Source of the DNA: Antechinus flavipes
Taxonomy: Eukaryota
Assembly (NCBI RefSeq): GCF_016432865.1
Contig: NC_067400.1
Location: 61,070,001 to 61,134,000, forward strand
Direction: 5' to 3'
Length of the DNA stretch: 64,000 nt
Below the pieces are notes generated by a model, which saw only the letters and a program-made list of their open reading frames with translations, was not told the DNA's origin and did not search any database. Position numbers and translations under genes: made by a program. Positions 62,201 to 64,000 of the stretch are shown in pieces. Position 1 is the first letter of the stretch. The number at the start of each line of letters is the position of its first letter.

Positions 62201-62614
62201 ATCCTAAAAAGTGGGTCTTCCCATCACCTCATTAGCCAGAAGTACAGTGAAGAGGCCACTCATTGGTCTTATCTCAATACTGATTGGTAAAGGAACTTTG
62301 ACCTGTTCTGTTTCTGACTTAAACTACTTTACTATTTTTGGTCCCTTTTCTTTTTTCCTTGGGGCTCACCCTTTTTGCATCAGTCTTAATGAAACCCTCT
62401 GATCTGCTTTAGCCTGCTGCAATTCAGAACTCTCAAGGACAAGTAATCCATCAATCCCAGCTTCTCTCAGAAGCAAGGCTTAGAAGCATTCACCAAGATG
62501 CCTTTCCCTTTACTTTAAACTTAATAGTCATTTCAGAGAATAGGATATTCACCAAAGTATTTCCTTTTCAAATTTTCTGTTTTTGTTCTCTAGACTGGCA
62601 ATTTAATAAAGGTA

Positions 62615-62785
62615 GGGAAACTATCAGTATGAAAACTTTCACATAACTGCAAGTTTTAACCTTCAAGAGTTTCCTGGTACACTAGGTTAGGTGACTTGCC
62701 TAGGGTCTTGCATCTAGTATGTGTCAAAGGCAGGACTTTAATCCAGTTCTTCCTGATTTTGAGGCTGGTTCTCTATCCATGATAA
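62615..62785 (-). mobile_element. Marsupial CORE-SINE (Mar1b/Mar3-type), antisense
   Basis: aggtgacttgcctagggtc...tatgtgtcaaaggcaggactttaatccagttcttcctgattttgaggctggttctctatcca. Confidence 0.7.
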
Positions 62786-62934
62786 ATCTATGCTTCTTTC
62801 TCTTCCCTCCTCTCCCTCCCCCTCCCCACACCAGTATTCTTCCTGGATAAGTTTTCCTACTGGAGATTATTAGAATTATAGATGATTAAAGCATTAATTT
62901 GAGAAAAAGCAATAGATAGTGATATGAATGCTTT

Positions 62935-63110
62935 CTTAGAATCAGAAAGCCCTGGTTTTAAATTGTCATTGACATGTATTAGCAGTCATTTAACTTCTTC
63001 GTTGCAGATATCTCTTTAAGTCTATAAGTTGCAAAGCAGCTGCTAAATGTCCTGCTTTGCTAGGAGTCCCTTCATTGAGAATTTCTCACATCAATGAAAT
63101 CACACAGAAA
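62935..63110 (+). mobile_element. Marsupial CORE-SINE (Mar1b/Mar3-type), sense
   Basis: atcagaaagccctggttttaaa...tctttaagtctataagttgcaaagcag...atttctcacatcaatgaaatcaca. Confidence 0.65.
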
Positions 63111-63129
63111 AGAATTTTAGAACTTTTTA

Positions 63130-63270
63130 GATAATTTCCATTTACCACCACATTTTATATATAAGGAAACTGAGGTCCAGAGAGAAAACCTAATTTATCC
63201 AATTAAGGTCATTCAGCTAGTTAATGGCAGAAGCTGGGGTCAGAATTGGTCTCACAGGCCAATGTCCTTT
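63130..63270 (-). mobile_element. MIR3-like fragment
   Basis: cattttatatataaggaaactgaggtccagagag...aaggtcattcagctagttaatggcagaagctggg. Confidence 0.65.
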
Positions 63271-64000
63271 CTACTGCCCTATTCTGCCTCCTTTGTCATT
63301 CTCTCTTGACAGGCTATGGAGATGGAGGGAAAGTTAAACATGTAGGGAGGGATCTTTTCAAACTGATTTCAGACTCTAATCAGTTCTTCCCAGTTGGTTA
63401 AGCCAGGTGACAAACCCAATTCCCTTGTGCTGACAGCCATGGTAATCAGGCTCCTTCTTTGTTCATTATGCTCTCTTTAACCCCGGCATTCTTATTCAGC
63501 CCTGCATTTAGTGAGCACTCATTGTGACGGCACACTAATGAAGAAATAAAACACACTAGCAGAGACCCATTCTTCTAGCGAAAGATAGACTCTGCTCCAC
63601 TGGCTTGTAAAATCAGGTTTTTGTTCACTAGCAGAACTATTAGACCAGGTGAATAAAAGTAGCATTGGCTAATTTAGAAGGAAACACCTGGGATGGGCTA
63701 AAGTTCACTCCTTCCACTCTCTTCCTTAGAGGAATATGAGAGGAATGTTATCTTCTCAGAACTTTGGGTAAAAAGCTCCTTCTTTTGACTATTGATTTGG
63801 TTAATGCTGTATTGACTTAATGACACTGATCCATGGCTGATTCTGAGGTACTTTAATGTGTTCTTAGGAGAGTCCCTTCTGAAGAGTCTGAAGAAAATGA
63901 AAGAGTATTATTTTTTTCTGGTAAAATTTAGCTGCCATTCTGATTGAAGACCAGTGTGAAAGAAATGAATTTCTTTTTAGTTTCAGTAATGCAATAATTG

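Larger units (their letters stand above)
59473..64000 (+). other. EPHA4: EPHA4 intron 4 (5' part)
   Basis: Starts with GTAAGT. No fibronectin type-III exon (PPSAP...) found before the window end. Confidence 0.85.

Noticed and set aside
1-64000. CRISPR array, operon, tRNA/rRNA genes, NUMT, endogenous virus or retrocopy
   Set aside because: None was recognisable by eye. The only tRNA-like sequences are SINE heads, and the repeats are microsatellites, TEs or two-copy duplications without spacer structure. A translated search (DIAMOND/HMMER) would be needed to exclude highly decayed retrocopies or viral fragments.

Overview
Eukaryotic, AT-rich, CpG-depleted genomic DNA from a marsupial. Evidence is a WSINE1-like SINE, Mar-1/RTE-tailed CORE-SINEs and marsupial hAT MITEs, so probably an Australian dasyurid; the species is inferred. 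The window lies inside EPHA4 (+ strand). The only coding sequence I can support is the 156-nt exon 4 at 59317-59472 (AG/GT, phase 1/1), encoding the six-cysteine EGF-like module (A)[51 protein letters not shown](R). The supplied ORF track misses this frame. Positions 1-59316 are the 3' part of the long intron 3 and 59473-64000 the start of intron 4; exons 3 and 5 are not in the window. The introns are a mosaic of old, decayed TEs (MIR/Ther, MIR3, Mar-1, L2, L3/CR1, L1 fragment, hAT MITEs), microsatellites and multi-kb TE-poor blocks with developmental TF motif clusters that look like conserved enhancers. I see no evidence of a new multi-gene system, CRISPR array or RNA gene. The best leads are all unverified: an in-frame 48-nt cassette exon (7303-7350), a 9-nt microexon (5111-5119), an alternative terminal exon with stop plus AATAAA (19153-19305), a recursive-splice-like AG|GT site (16046/16047), and PBX/HOX/MEIS and POU motif clusters. 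TE family names come from recalled consensus sequences, not a RepeatMasker run, and TE boundaries are approximate (about +/-20 nt).
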